Below are positions 1 through 11,473 of a stretch of 64,000 nt of DNA, one piece after another. The first letter of the stretch is position 1; each line of letters starts with the position of its first letter. This DNA is from Octopus vulgaris. Lineage: Eukaryota. Under the pieces are notes generated by a model that was not told where the DNA came from, did no database searches, and saw only the letters and a program-made list of their open reading frames with translations. The stretch lies in the NCBI GenBank assembly GCA_951406725.2, contig OX597820.1, positions 19,220,001 through 19,284,000 on the forward strand, given 5' to 3'. Position numbers and translations under genes: made by a program.

Positions 1-144
1 GTTTCCGTTTACCAGATCCACTCACAAGGCTTTGGTTGGCCCGAGGCTATAGTAGAAAACACTTGCTCAAGGTGCCATGCAGTGGGACTGAACCCGGAAC
101 CATGTGGTTGGTAAGCAAGCTACTTACCACACAACCACTCCTGC
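1..144 (-). mobile_element. SINE family A (tRNA-derived, CORE-like; resembles octopus OR-type SINEs), 5' part cut by window edge
   Basis: Reverse complement reads gcaggagtggttgtgtggtaagtagc...ggttcagtcccactgcatggcaccttgagcaagtg: A-box/B-box head plus CORE-like ccttgggcaagtg, as in many other copies here. Confidence 0.85.
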
Positions 145-294
145 AGACTTTTAGTTAGCCTTTGTTTCATATGTTCTGAATAATATAAAGCTTTCCTTTT
201 CATAAACTGAGGTTGGCGGTTGTAAGAAAAATTGGGAATATGAAACATTCATATGTGATGCTTTGATACCAAGGAAATATGTCTTCTGTTTAAT

Positions 295-895
295 CCCTTA
301 GCATTCAGACCATCCATATAAGACCTAAATATTCTACCTGTTTTATATCCAGCCTAACTAGATCAGGCCTCTCATGCCTACCCTACAATGTCATTCTAAG
401 AATAAACAATCACATCATTGAAATCTAGAAGCTATGAGATAATGTACAACTAGGCGTAGAAGTGGCTGTGTGGTAAGTTACTTGCTTACCACCACATGGT
501 TCCAGGTTCAGTCCCACTGCATAGCACCTTAGGCAAGTGTCTTCTACTATAGCCTTGGGCCGACCAAAGCCTTGTGAGTGGATTTGGTAGACGGAAACTG
601 AAAGAAGCCTGTTGTATATATGTATGTATATATAAGTATGTGTGTCTGTGTTCATCCACCAACATCGCTTGACAACCAATGCTGGTGTGTTTACATCCTC
701 GTAACTTAGCGGTTCGGCAAAAGAGACCGATGGAATAAGTACTAGGCTTACAAAGAATAAGTCCTGGGGTCGATTTGCTCGACTAAAGGTAGTGCTCCAG
801 CATGGGCGCAGTCAAATGACTGAAACAAGTAAATGAGTAACTAATTCAAAACAATGTGAACAAATAAGCATTACTTTTCGTGGAGTAATGTAAAT
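295..895 (-). mobile_element. piggyBac-type MITE family P1, split by a SINE A insertion
   Basis: Body matches other P1 copies (attctacctgtttt...cctaccctacaatgtcattc...aattcaaaacaatgtgaa...agcattac), interrupted at ~452-840. Confidence 0.65.
452..840 (+). mobile_element. SINE family A, near full length
   Basis: tRNA-like head, CORE-like segment, internal (TA/TG)n and tail gtgctccagcatgg...cagtcaaatgactgaaacaagtaaa. Confidence 0.9.
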
Positions 896-899
896 GATA

Positions 900-1380
900 A
901 AGTAACTGTGGTAGGTCTTCTCGGGTGCACTCAGAGTCCTCCCACAATTGTTTTACATAGATTCAATGTGGTCTACCAACATTTGTGTAGCCATGCTTCA
1001 GTTTCCAAAAATATCATTGATGATTTCATCATTTGCTCTCCAGCAATGTCCAGTGAATCTTTTTTTCTTTCTCTGATGACAAGTGATACTGGTGATAAAT
1101 TACCATTGAGAAGTTCTTTCATCGGGTGCCGTCTCCAGGAGATGTCCAGAGCAGCTTGAAGCATTCTTGTAATAAGTTCTGTCAATTTTCTTTTCAAGAA
1201 GTTTTCTTAGTGTCCATACTGTTCATCCATATAACAAAATTGACTGCCACAATTGCCTGAAAGAAATTACATTATTGTGCCCACATTCTGAGAAATGCTT
1301 TGCAGTTTGTTGTGAAAATTTTTTTGCTTACACTGGAACAAACTTTGTATTAAAAATCACCGACAACTAGTATATTCAGT
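900..1380 (-). pseudogene. Decayed RTE-clade LINE ORF2 C-terminal fragment
   Basis: Minus strand across frameshifts reads SILLYG*TVWTLRKLLEKKIDRTY / TRMLQAALDISWRRHP / RFTGHCWRANDEIINDI / HGYTNVGRP, matching the RTE C-terminal pattern ESILLYGCETWTL...YTRMLR.ALNISW...RLAGHC.R...GRP. Confidence 0.8.
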
Positions 1381-1957
1381 GTAGAAAAATTGCATTGATA
1401 GTGATGACAGCATGTAGTTTAATACTAAAGAGACCGAGTACATTTAGAACATTTTGTTTTGTGTTTGTCTTAACCTATTTAAAAAAGTTACTTTGAGAAT
1501 CAAAAGATGTGGCTATCTTAGATAGGTGGTTGTTTAATATAGAAATGGCCATAAGTTCTATTAACTAGTTTTTATGTGCTCTTTTATTCAAGTTTCCATA
1601 TAATTTAAGTAGACTATTTAGTTTCATATCGCTGACGGTTTTTTACTTTATGGGATTTTCAGTGATTACTTTTCCTTTCATTTGAACGGTGTTGATTCAT
1701 AAGTGAACGAAATAAATGTCCGTCTAACAAAACGTTCTTTTCAATAACAACAGAACAGCAAAAATTAATATATGAATAAACAAAGAAACGCACAAGCAAA
1801 CCAGCTTTGTAGGAGGAGTCTACAGAGTTGCCTTATTTGCTGGATATAGCTGCTAAATTTCCCTTGAATCATACATTAAAGTCTTAAAACCCTGTAGCAT
1901 TCAGATTAATCTAATTAAAAAAAAATTTTTTTTAAATAAAAAAAAGTAATAAAACAT

Positions 1958-2250
1958 TTGAGTAAGGTCGTTGCCAGTGCCGCTGGACTGGATCCTGTGC
2001 AGGTGGCATGTAAAAAGCATCATTTGAGCATGGCCGTTGCCATTACTGCCTGACTGGCCCTTGTGCCGGTGGCACGTAAAAGCACCCACTACACTCTTGG
2101 AGTGGTTGGCATTAGGAAGGGCATCCAGCTGTAGAAACTCTGCCAGATCAGATTGGAGCCTGGTGCAGCCGTCTGGTTCAACAGTCCTCAGTCAAATCGT
2201 CCAACCCATGCCAGCATGGAAAGCGGACGTTAAACAATGATGATGATGAT
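1958..2250 (+). mobile_element. 5'-truncated RTE-type LINE 3' UTR with (GAT)n tail
   Basis: gtgccggtggcacgtaaaagcacc repeats, ttaggaagggcatccagctgtagaaac, ending gcggacgttaaacaatgatgatgat; recurs with variable 5' ends. Confidence 0.8.
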
Positions 2251-2475
2251 GAATCTTGTATAGAAAGCATAGCTGTCATAAATAAGCAAGAGAAGAAAGG
2301 ACTGGAATTATATGGAAAAACAAGAGGTAAATGTGTTGAAATTCTGGCAAAAAATAAGGTTTTTTTGGTTGGAATTACAATAAAAAATAAACATTTAAAA
2401 CTGAATTAGGGAATCAGTGATAGAAACTAAAAAGAAAATATGAGATTTAACCTTTATTACAGAAAGGGGGAAAAT

Positions 2476-3070
2476 TAACCCTTTAGTATTCGGATTACTA
2501 AATGTAACACTTATTTATTCTCAGTGTTTTGAATTAATCATGCATTATCTTATAGTGTTGAGATTTTGATGATGTGATTACTCTTTTACTTTTTTATTTG
2601 TTTCAGTCATTTGACTGTGGCCATGCTGGAGCACCGCCTTTAGTCAAGCAAATCGACCCCAGTGCTTATTCTTTGTAAGCCTAGTACTTATTCTATCGGT
2701 CTCTTTTGCCGAACTGCTAAGTTACAGTGATGTATACACACCAGCATCAGTTGTCAAGCAATGTTGAGGGGACAAACACAGACACACACACATGCACACA
2801 TATACATATATACGATGGGCTTCTTTCAGTTTCCATCTACCAAATCCACTCACAAGGCAGAAGACACTTGCCCAAGGTGCCACGCAGTGGAACTGAACCC
2901 GGAACCATGTGGTTGGTAAGTAAGCTACTTACCACACAGCCACTCCTATGCCTATGTATATTTTGAGAATAACATTGTAGGATATGTGTAAGAGGCCAGA
3001 TCTTAATAGCTTGAACAAAACAGGTAGAATATTTCGCCTGGATATGGCTGGCTTAAATGCTAACCGATTA
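2476..3070 (+). mobile_element. piggyBac-type MITE P1 containing a minus-strand SINE A (2579-2953)
   Basis: Starts ttaaccctttagtattc, P1 body resumes after the SINE, ends ttaaatgctaa... Confidence 0.75.
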
Positions 3071-3109
3071 AAGAAAGAAAGGTGTATTAACCGATACTAA
3101 TATATCATA

Positions 3110-3445
3110 ACTAATGCCGGTGTCCGGCAACTGGTACCTTTCAAGTGTTGGGCCTCATAGAGGCAATGACAGCTAACTGAGACCTTTGGCAATAAGACCC
3201 TTCAAGTCAAGAGAAATTGTAGTCATGGCAGGAACTGGTGTCATGCAACTGACACCCATGCTGGTGGCATGTAAAAGCACCCATTACATACTTGGAGTGG
3301 TTGGTGTTAGGAAGGGCATCCAGCCATAGAAAAACCATGCCTAATCAGACTGGAGTATGGTGCAACCCCTCAGCTTACCAGCCCTGGTCAAATCGTCCAA
3401 CCCATGCCAGCCTGGACAACAGATGTTGAATGATGATGATGATGA
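3110..3445 (+). mobile_element. RTE LINE 3' end including the last degenerate codons
   Basis: Reads FQVLGLIEAMTAN*DLWQ, like an RTE ORF end (LGLTEAMT.DRDLW), then the same 3' UTR and (GAT)n tail as 1958-2250. Confidence 0.7.
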
Positions 3446-3735
3446 GGAGGAGGAGGAGGATGAAGAAGAAGAAGAAGAAGTAGTAGTAATAGTTGTAGTT
3501 GTATTAGTAGTAGACCTTTGCTCAACTGGAGCTAAACTAGTACATAAAATAAGGATTGGCTAAAGTCGGAGAGCACATCATTGGTTAATTTTAAGAACAC
3601 ATTGAATTTAGTATTAGAAAGGAATATATCGACAGTGTTATTTTTTTTTAACGGTAGACTATTTTCTTTATCATATAATCATTTAGTTTAACTCTGTAGC
3701 ATCCAGATTACTCTGTCAATTGTAATGCTTATTTA

Positions 3736-4101
3736 TTACCTCCGCCTTAGCAAAGGTGGAGGTATTATTTTCAGTTGTCTTTGTTTGTTTGTCCATGGAC
3801 AAGATATCTCAAGAACTGCTGGATGAATTCGGATTAAACTTTCAGGGATGTTTAGCCTTGTGACTGGCACAAACTGATTAAATTTTGGGATTGATCCAGT
3901 ACCAGACAAGGATTCTAGATTATTTTTCCTGGTTTTTGGCTTAATTTTTGAGAGCGGTCAGGTTCATTTTTAGTATTCTCGTTTGTGAGAGCAGTCAAGT
4001 TTATTTCAGATATTCTCATTTTAAAAATCATCTCTGGCTAATTGTTGAGATGACGTTGGTGTTGCCTTGGCAGAGTTTTGCGCTCTCTGAGTGCTCTTGT
4101 T
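3736..4101 (+). mobile_element. Non-autonomous Helentron/DINE-like element
   Basis: 5' acctccgcc...ggtggaggt hairpin, subterminal inverted copy near the 3' end, terminal hairpin gcgctc-tct-gagtgc, T-rich target, no TSD; second copy at 53948-54870. Confidence 0.65.
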
Positions 4102-4275
4102 CACATTGTTTTGATTTAACCCTGTATTATCTCTTAGCTTTCAGATTTCTATGCTGTTATTGTTTATTTTTAGAATAACATTGTAGAGTAGGTGCAAAAA
4201 GTTGGATCCGGCTAGTTTCAACATAAAACTAAAACAGGTAGAATATTTGGGCCAGATATGGCTGGATTAAATACT

Positions 4276-4506
4276 TATTTCTTTACTGCCCACAAGGGGC
4301 TACACACAGAGAGGACAAACAAGGACAGACAGACGGATTAAGTCGATTATATCGACCCCAGTGCGTAACTGGTACTTATTTAATCGACCCCGAAAGGATG
4401 AAAGACAGTCGACCTCGGCGGAATTTGAACTCAGAACGTAACAACAGACGAAATACCACCAAGCATTTCGCCTGGCGTGCTAACGATTCTGCCAGCTTGC
4501 CGCCTT
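4276..4506 (-). mobile_element. SINE family B (tRNA-derived; central tcatcctttcggggtcgat...aagtaccag)
   Basis: Full-length copy flanked by direct repeat ctggattaaatact (4262-4275 and 4548-4561). Confidence 0.85.
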
Positions 4507-4849
4507 ATAAATATTAAACACTATTGAATACTTATAAATATTAAATACTGGATTAAATACTGAAAGGTTGATTCTAAGAAAATTTGTCAAGCAAATCCTT
4601 TTGGAATGTGATATGATGTTTTTATAATCAATTTTCATTTATTGATGTTGACAATTGTATTGAAAAATTGCAATTTTGATAAAAGTAGTCTTCCTCGGGG
4701 CATCATGAATATGTAACCTCTTAGCATTTGAATGAGCCATATACAGCTCAAATAGTCAGGCTGTTTTGTGTTTTACTGGCTAGAGCAGTCCTCTCACACC
4801 CACCATATGATTTCTGCTCAAAAAATAAATAGCTTTGTTCAAAAATAAA

Positions 4850-5225
4850 CAGCTGTGGTTGTGTGGTAAGAAGCTTGCTTCCAAACCACAGGGTTCCGGG
4901 TTCAGTCCCACTGCATGGCACCTTGGACAAGTGAATTCTACTATAGCCTTGGGTTGACCAAAGTCTTGTGAGTGGATTTGGTAGGCAGAAACTGAAAGAA
5001 GCCCATCATGTGTGTGTGTGTGTGTTTGTCCCTCCCCCACCACTTGACAACCAGTGTTAGTGTGTTTATGTCCCCACAATTTAGAGACCAATAGAATAAG
5101 TACCATGCCTGTGGGGGCGGGGGGAACAAGCCCTGGGGTTAATTTTTTTGACTAAAACCCCCTTCAAAGTGGTGCTCCAGCATGACCACAGTCTAATGAC
5201 TGAAACTAGTAACAAAATAAAAAAT
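4850..5225 (+). mobile_element. SINE family A inside a minus-strand P1 MITE (4727-5357)
   Basis: Diverged head, CORE-like segment and tail; P1 sequence on both sides. Confidence 0.8.
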
Positions 5226-5637
5226 AATTGAAAAATTAAGAGAAATCACATCATCAAAATCTCCAAGCTACGAATGAGATAATACAAGATTAATTCAAAA
5301 CAATGTGAATAAATAAGCATTACATTTGGTAGAATAATTTGAATGCAAAAAGGTTAAAAAGAATTTGTCAAGTAGATTCATTTTGGAACATCTTAATAAT
5401 ATACAATATTTTTATAATCAAGCTTAATGAATTGATATTGAGAGTTATATTGAAAAATTACGATTTTGACAGAAATAGTCTTCTTTGGAATATCATGAAT
5501 ATTTAAATAATATTTTCAAATTTTACAAATAATAATAATAATAATAATAATAGTAATACTTCTAGGAGTTTAATTAAAGCTGTAATTGCTATATTAACCT
5601 CTTGTAACATATTTAAGTTAGATTACTGTATGATACT

Positions 5638-6013
5638 GGAGGCGTAATAGCCCAGTGGTTAGGGCAGTGGACTTGCAGTCATAGGATCGTGGGTTCGATT
5701 CCCAGACAGGGTGTTGAGAGTGTTTATTGAGCTAAAACACCTAAAATCTCCTCGAGGCTTGGGCAGGGGGTGGTGGCGAACCCTGCTGTATTCTTTCGCT
5801 GCAACTTTCTCTAACTCTTTCTTCCTGTTTCTGTTGTACCTGTATTTCAAAGGGCCAGCCCTGTCACACTCTGTGTCACACTGTATCTCCCCGAGAACTA
5901 CGTTATGGGTACATGTGTCTGTGGATTGCTCAGCCACTTGTGCATTAATTTCACGAGCAGGTTGTTTGTTGCTTGGATCGGTTGGAACCCTCGTAGTCGT
6001 AACCGACGGAGTG
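5638..6013 (+). mobile_element. SINE family D (tRNA-like head) with tail X
   Basis: Head tagcccagtggttagggcagtggacttgcagtc...gggttcgattccc has A and B boxes; head shared with 61730-62092, tail shared with 33030-33207. Confidence 0.85.
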
Positions 6014-6500
6014 CATGGCACCATGGGCAAGTGTTTTCTGCTATAGCCTTGACCTGACCAAAGCCTTGTGAGTGGATTTGATAGATAGAAACTGAAAGAA
6101 GCCTGTCGTATATATATATATGTGTGTGTGTATGTTTGTCCACCCACCATCACTTGACAATTCATGTTGGTGTGCTTATGTCTCTGTAACCTAGCAGTTC
6201 AGCAAAAGAGACCGATAGAATAAGTACTAGGTGTACAAAGAATAAGTCCTGGGGTAGATTTGTTCAACTAAAGGTGTTGCTCCAGCATGACCATGGTCAA
6301 ATGACTGAAACAAGTAAAAGGGTAAAAGAATATACATATTCAACAGGCTTCTTCCAGTTTCCGTCTACCAAATCCACTCACAAGGCTTTGGTCGACCTGA
6401 GACTATAATAGAAGACACTTACCCAAGGTGCCATGCTGTGGGACTGAACCGGGAACCATGTGGTTGAGAAGCAAGCTTCTTACCACACAACCATGCCTGC
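6014..6500. mobile_element. Two SINE A copies in inverted orientation (+ 6014-6330; - 6335-6500)
   Basis: Direct match to the family A consensus on opposite strands. Confidence 0.8.
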
Positions 6501-7632
6501 TTTTATTTATTATCAATGTTTGGTCTCAGGGGAATTGTCTTCAACTGTTTAATGTTGCTTAACAGGTGCCAGGAAGGTAAGCAAATTTTAGCTGCTCAAA
6601 TCTCTCCTTACAAAGATTTATATCAATCTTGGAAAATTTTCATAAAATAAAATATTAAGAAACAGATATAGAAAAACAGTACAAAATGAAATTTCTATAG
6701 TTGTATTCTTCTGACAGAAATTAAGTGACAAGTGAGAAGAGGGAGGGGGGGGGGGGGGGAGAAGGCCAAAAAAAAAAAAAGATCACCATTCAATATTGGT
6801 GTTCAATCTCTTATAATGAATCCATCTAGAAGCTTCCTACTTTGTAATTAATCTTTTCTTTTGCAAGTTGAATAAAGCTGCACACATTGCATACACACGT
6901 GTTCCGTGTTTTTCTATGCTTTGCTTTTATATCAATGCAGGCCTTCCATTCCGCCCTCGCCCCTCCATCCTTTGCTCTTTTAGTACACGTCTTCTGTGTT
7001 TGCATTGAGAAATTCAAACGGATAATTTACAGATAAGTTAACAGAGGGAGCGTTTGGACTTACGTGTGTGTGGGGGGGAGGGATGGAAAAGTGTTCTCTA
7101 TTTACACATCACACACAAATGCACACAAGCTATAAATGAACTTTATCTTATCCAGGGAAAATCCAGTAGCCGAGCTGTGTGCAATGGGAGAAGATTCTCT
7201 ATTATTGATTCCATTAACTCTATTTCTGATAGCAGCCTGTTAAATAGACCCTCTTTCTTTTATTTCTAATGCTCAGACGGATCTAATCGGACCGCAGTAT
7301 ACACATCAGGGGGTTTTTGTTCAAAGCCTTCTATGAAATGACTTACTTTCTGATGTGCATAGAGCAATATCTGCTACGCTGACTACGTCGCCAAGAGATG
7401 GATTTAGTGAAAGAAGCAGGACATTTTTCCGAATGCTTTAGTTATGTAACGAAATGTAAATATGGTAAAGCGATCAAAACCTTTTAGGAAAATATAATTT
7501 CCCCGAGTAAACGAGAAGGTATTGACTTATTTAGATGACATTGAGATAGCTCGTTCATCTGATAAGAATGAGGAGGGTTTTTCAAAGGAAGACGCGTATA
7601 AATATAATGTGAAATATTCTCAACTACAAATT

Positions 7633-7706
7633 ATATATATGTATGTATGTGTGTGTGTGTGTGTGTATGTATATACACACATACATATACATATTTTCAT
7701 ATATAT

Positions 7707-7805
<99 letters not shown>

Positions 7806-8082
7806 TATATGCATATATATAGATACATATATATACATATATATGTACATATATATATGTATATGTACATATATATAAATGTATATACATATATATAAAT
7901 ATATGTATATATATATATATACATACACACAATATGTATAGGTATGTATGTATATGTACTTACATATACACATATATATATGTATACATACATACATACA
8001 TCCATATGTACAAGTATACATACATACATACATACATACACACACACATACATACACACACACGCACATCAACACATACACA
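7633..8082. repeat. (TA)n/(TG)n/(CATA)n compound microsatellite
   Basis: Seen directly; pure TA run ~7711-7800. Confidence 0.97.
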
Positions 8083-8615
8083 TCAATATGAAACATGCTC
8101 TTCTTTTATAACAGCAAGGGTTGGATAAGAATTAAGAACTTCTACCCAGTGATGTGAGGGAATCTTGTAAATTGTTGAAGAATTAGTAGCTTTATTCTAG
8201 AATTTACATGGTTATCGTATTTCTATTTATTGGGTGTTTAGAATGATTTCAGAATGATGCTGGGAATCAGGTAGGATGTTTACCTCTTTATCTGATAGTA
8301 ATATAAAATCTGTGAAAAAAAAAAAAATGAATGTAAAATATACCATCACACACACACACACACACACGTATCATGTAGATTAGGTTATAATCCAAGTTGT
8401 GTCCGCTGGAAGCACATATGCATAAGAGTTAAAACATACTGGAATATATTTTTTGTAGAGTAATTACATATCAAAAACAAGAGATTTAAAAAAATGTTTT
8501 AGTATTATTTATTCACCATTACATGTGTTTCATTTGCTAATAAGAGTTACAAAATTGTACATGTAAGAGAAACATGTAAGATATCGATTAAGAATTCTTC
8601 AGACAGAATCTAATA

Positions 8616-9181
8616 TTAAGCTGTCCGGAAACTTCATACCAATTTTTAAAGGAAAGTAAAAGGTCAATAAATACTTGCCATTACATTTTTAATCAACTAA
8701 ATGTAAACCATTTTGTTGCACAATGCGTCTCCATCTTTCCTTCTAACTTGAAAATACCCTCTTCCCAGAATTGAGTGGGTTTCATGGCAAAGAATTCATC
8801 AAGGTATCTTTTTATGTCATCCAAGGAATTGAAATTTTTACCATTAAGACTATTCTGCAGAGACCTGAATAAGTGGAAATCCGAAAGAGCAATATCTAGT
8901 GAATATGGAAGGTGGGGTAACACATCCCAGCCAAGCTGCAGCAATTTTGTCTGGTTCCCAAAGCATCAACTGCTGAAAATGAACTTTCTTATCGTCCATT
9001 TTAAAGGGTTACAGAATTAACACAGGTTATAGGAACATAAACCTTCTTCCATGAAAAGATAGCTTAAACTGTGCTCTAAATGGAGGTGTAGTCAAATCCT
9101 ATTTTATGGACTCAACCATGTCCTAAAATAAGTCAAAAGGTAAGCTACTATAAATCGGCATGAACTTTCCGGACAACCCAG
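8616..9181 (-). mobile_element. Internally deleted mariner (Tc1/mariner) transposon
   Basis: TA flanks at both ends; imperfect TIRs ttaagctgtccggaaacttcat / atgaactttccggacaacccag. Transposase N-terminus MDDKKVHFQQLMLWE (ATG at 8999) is fused to C-terminus LQLGWDVLPHLPYSLDIALSDFHLFRSLQNSLNGKNF (degenerate YSPDLAPSD motif). Confidence 0.92.
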
Positions 9182-9258
9182 TAGATTCTCTGTCTGAAGA
9201 ATCATTATTAGAAGAATTATTAGATTCTCTGAAGAATTTCTAATTGGAGGTACCTGTT

Positions 9259-9497
9259 TATAAATGGAGTTAAATGCAGGTGTTATTCAAATTCTTTTAC
9301 TTCCGGCACATGTTTCGAAGATATCACTGGTATTATTTCTGTTAAAATGTCTGATTGACAATTTTCATTTCTTCACTTTCCTGAAGAGAAGATTACATTG
9401 TTTTACACCCATTTTATTCCTTTGGAATGATACCAGTGATATCTTCGAAGCATGTGTCGAAAGTAAAAGAATTTGAATAACACCTACGTTTAACTCC

Positions 9498-9504
<7 letters not shown>
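9259..9504. mobile_element. ~246-bp element with ~79-bp inverted arms; Penelope-like terminal repeat
   Basis: 9259-9337 is the near-perfect reverse complement of 9426-9504; contains a hammerhead-like motif. Confidence 0.7.
9375..9464 (+). ncRNA. Type I hammerhead ribozyme-like motif
   Basis: Stem I actttc/gaaagt; core CTGAAGA; stem II gaagat/atcttc with a long loop; GAAG in place of GAAA; C-ATGT-GTC cleavage triplet. Confidence 0.65.
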
Positions 9505-9533
<29 letters not shown>

Positions 9534-9842
9534 CAAAATATTTCACATAAACCTGAAGTTTCTACCTTTAAAAACAAGAAGTTAAAACCTTTTTACTTGT
9601 ATGATTTTTTGCTACCCTGGTTACTATTTATATATTCTTTCCATGTTAATTGTTAACAAAGAGAAAACACACACACACATCTATCTATCTATCTATATAT
9701 TTGTGTGTGTGTATATATATATATATATTGGCCTGCTCGCTTAGCCAGCGGGGTGGTGTCATTCGAAGGCTAAAACAATGCGAACGCATTGTGACCAGCG
9801 ATGTGTAACATCTGATGGTCTGGTCGATCACGTAATCACGTG

Positions 9843-9873
<31 letters not shown>

Positions 9874-10108
9874 CACTAATGTTTGTTTTTATGTTTGGTT
9901 ATAATAAAAACAATTTTACATTAATCTAATGGGTTACTGTCTATACTTATAGACTACAAATTTATATACTTAGATGTATTATATATATACTTAGATGTAT
10001 TATCTCTCTCTATATATATGTTAGTAAGTGTATATATATATTTAAAAAAATTTATTTATTTTATCTAGTTTCAGCTCACGAGCTGTGGCCATGCTGGGGC
10101 ACCGCCAT

Positions 10109-10139
<31 letters not shown>

Positions 10140-10190
10140 ATTATTTGAGGGAATATTAATCCTAACTTACAGGGATATATATACATATAT

Positions 10191-10315
10191 AAGAGACCAA
10201 TAGAATAAGTACTGGGCTTACAAAGTATAAGTCCCGGGGTCGATTTGCTTGACTAAAGGTGGTGCTCCAGCATGGTCGCAGTCAAATGACTGAAACAAGT
10301 AAAAGAATAAAAGAA
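10191..10315 (+). mobile_element. SINE A 3' fragment
   Basis: agagaccaatagaataagtact...gactgaaacaagtaaaagaata. Confidence 0.8.
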
Positions 10316-10452
10316 TATATATATATATATATATGGAGAGAGAGAGAGAGAGATGTGTGTTTGTGTATATATATATATATATATATATATTATTTTAATA
10401 TATGTATGTGTATATATATGTGAATATATGTATATATGTATGTGTATATATG

Positions 10453-10498
<46 letters not shown>

Positions 10499-10535
10499 TA
10501 TGTGTGTATATACATGTGTATGATGATGATGATGA
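10312..10535. repeat. (TA)n/(GA)n/(TG)n microsatellite
   Basis: Seen directly. Confidence 0.95.
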
Positions 10536-10891
10536 TTGTGCTTATCTGTTCCAAAAGATATAATTTACATACATTGTTTAAGTGTTATGTCCTATTTCTT
10601 TGCACCAAATTTAATATAGAATCTAGCGAGATAAGAAATATATACCCTTGCTTGATTAAAGGAGATAATGTATTTTTAGTGCAGCATGTCTCTCTCTTAC
10701 CATGATTCCAGTCAAAGGCAGATGTTTGAAAGGATGGCGCTGCAGGGCATAGAAAATAACTAGTGGTTCTTCTTCTTTTATATAAAAAGAAGCTTGTTAA
10801 ATTTGAAACCATTGATAATTTCCAGAAGCAGTTTAAATATATTACAACCGTTTTGCTTATATTTGTTATCTAAGTAAAAAAAAAAAAAAAA

Positions 10892-10924
<33 letters not shown>

Positions 10925-11419
10925 GAGATGATTATTAAGTTTTTGTTAAATTTTTGGGGTCTTTTTTTTTTTTTTTGGTTCTCTTTAAATTCTTTTATTT
11001 TTTTAGTTTATTTTTAATCTTGTCATTGCAGAGGCAGAACGATAGGAAAGAAACAGCAAAAATTAGATATTGATCTGTGCTATAGGGTATCTAATAATTT
11101 TAATTATAGCCTATTGACTAGAGAAATTCCAATTATGCACAACCTCTGTGAGTAATAGTTGCATTTCAAATCCTTATAAGTCGGAATATGAATCCCAGAT
11201 GAAATACACATATCATGTTACTTGCCAGTAAAGTGAATGTATACAAAAACAATTCTCCATTATCTAATCAGGAACTGCGTGACTGTTATTGGAAAAGATT
11301 TTTTTTTTTTTTCATTTTCTGTGGAGTGTGGAAGAATAGATTGAAAGATTTGAAAGATTGAAACAGAATTCCATGAGACTACTACCTTTCTTCAGTTACT
11401 GAGAATTTTATCATCATCG

Positions 11420-11473
<54 letters not shown>

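Larger units (their letters stand above)
3688..4570 (+). mobile_element. piggyBac-type MITE P1 hosting two nested insertions
   Basis: ttaactctgtagcatccagattactctgtc...tttatt|insert|cacattg...ggattaaatac|insert|tgaaaggttga. Confidence 0.7.

Noticed and set aside
5640-5712. tRNA-like sequence with A and B boxes
   Set aside because: Head of a SINE; acceptor stem not intact and it continues into the repeat body.
7522-8128. Long ORFs rich in YI/CV/HT repeats (also 11.9, 13.2, 18, 27.5, 37, 58 and 60.7 kb)
   Set aside because: Translations of dinucleotide/tetranucleotide microsatellites that lack stop codons.
8535-8582. ctaataa-gagttac...gtaa-ga-gaaa-cat-gta, a possible decayed hammerhead
   Set aside because: Two core G residues are missing and stem II is broken; too degenerate to call.
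8693-8944. Possible SETMAR-like host gene exon
   Set aside because: Lies inside a TIR-bounded deleted mariner with a degenerate catalytic motif and a frameshift.
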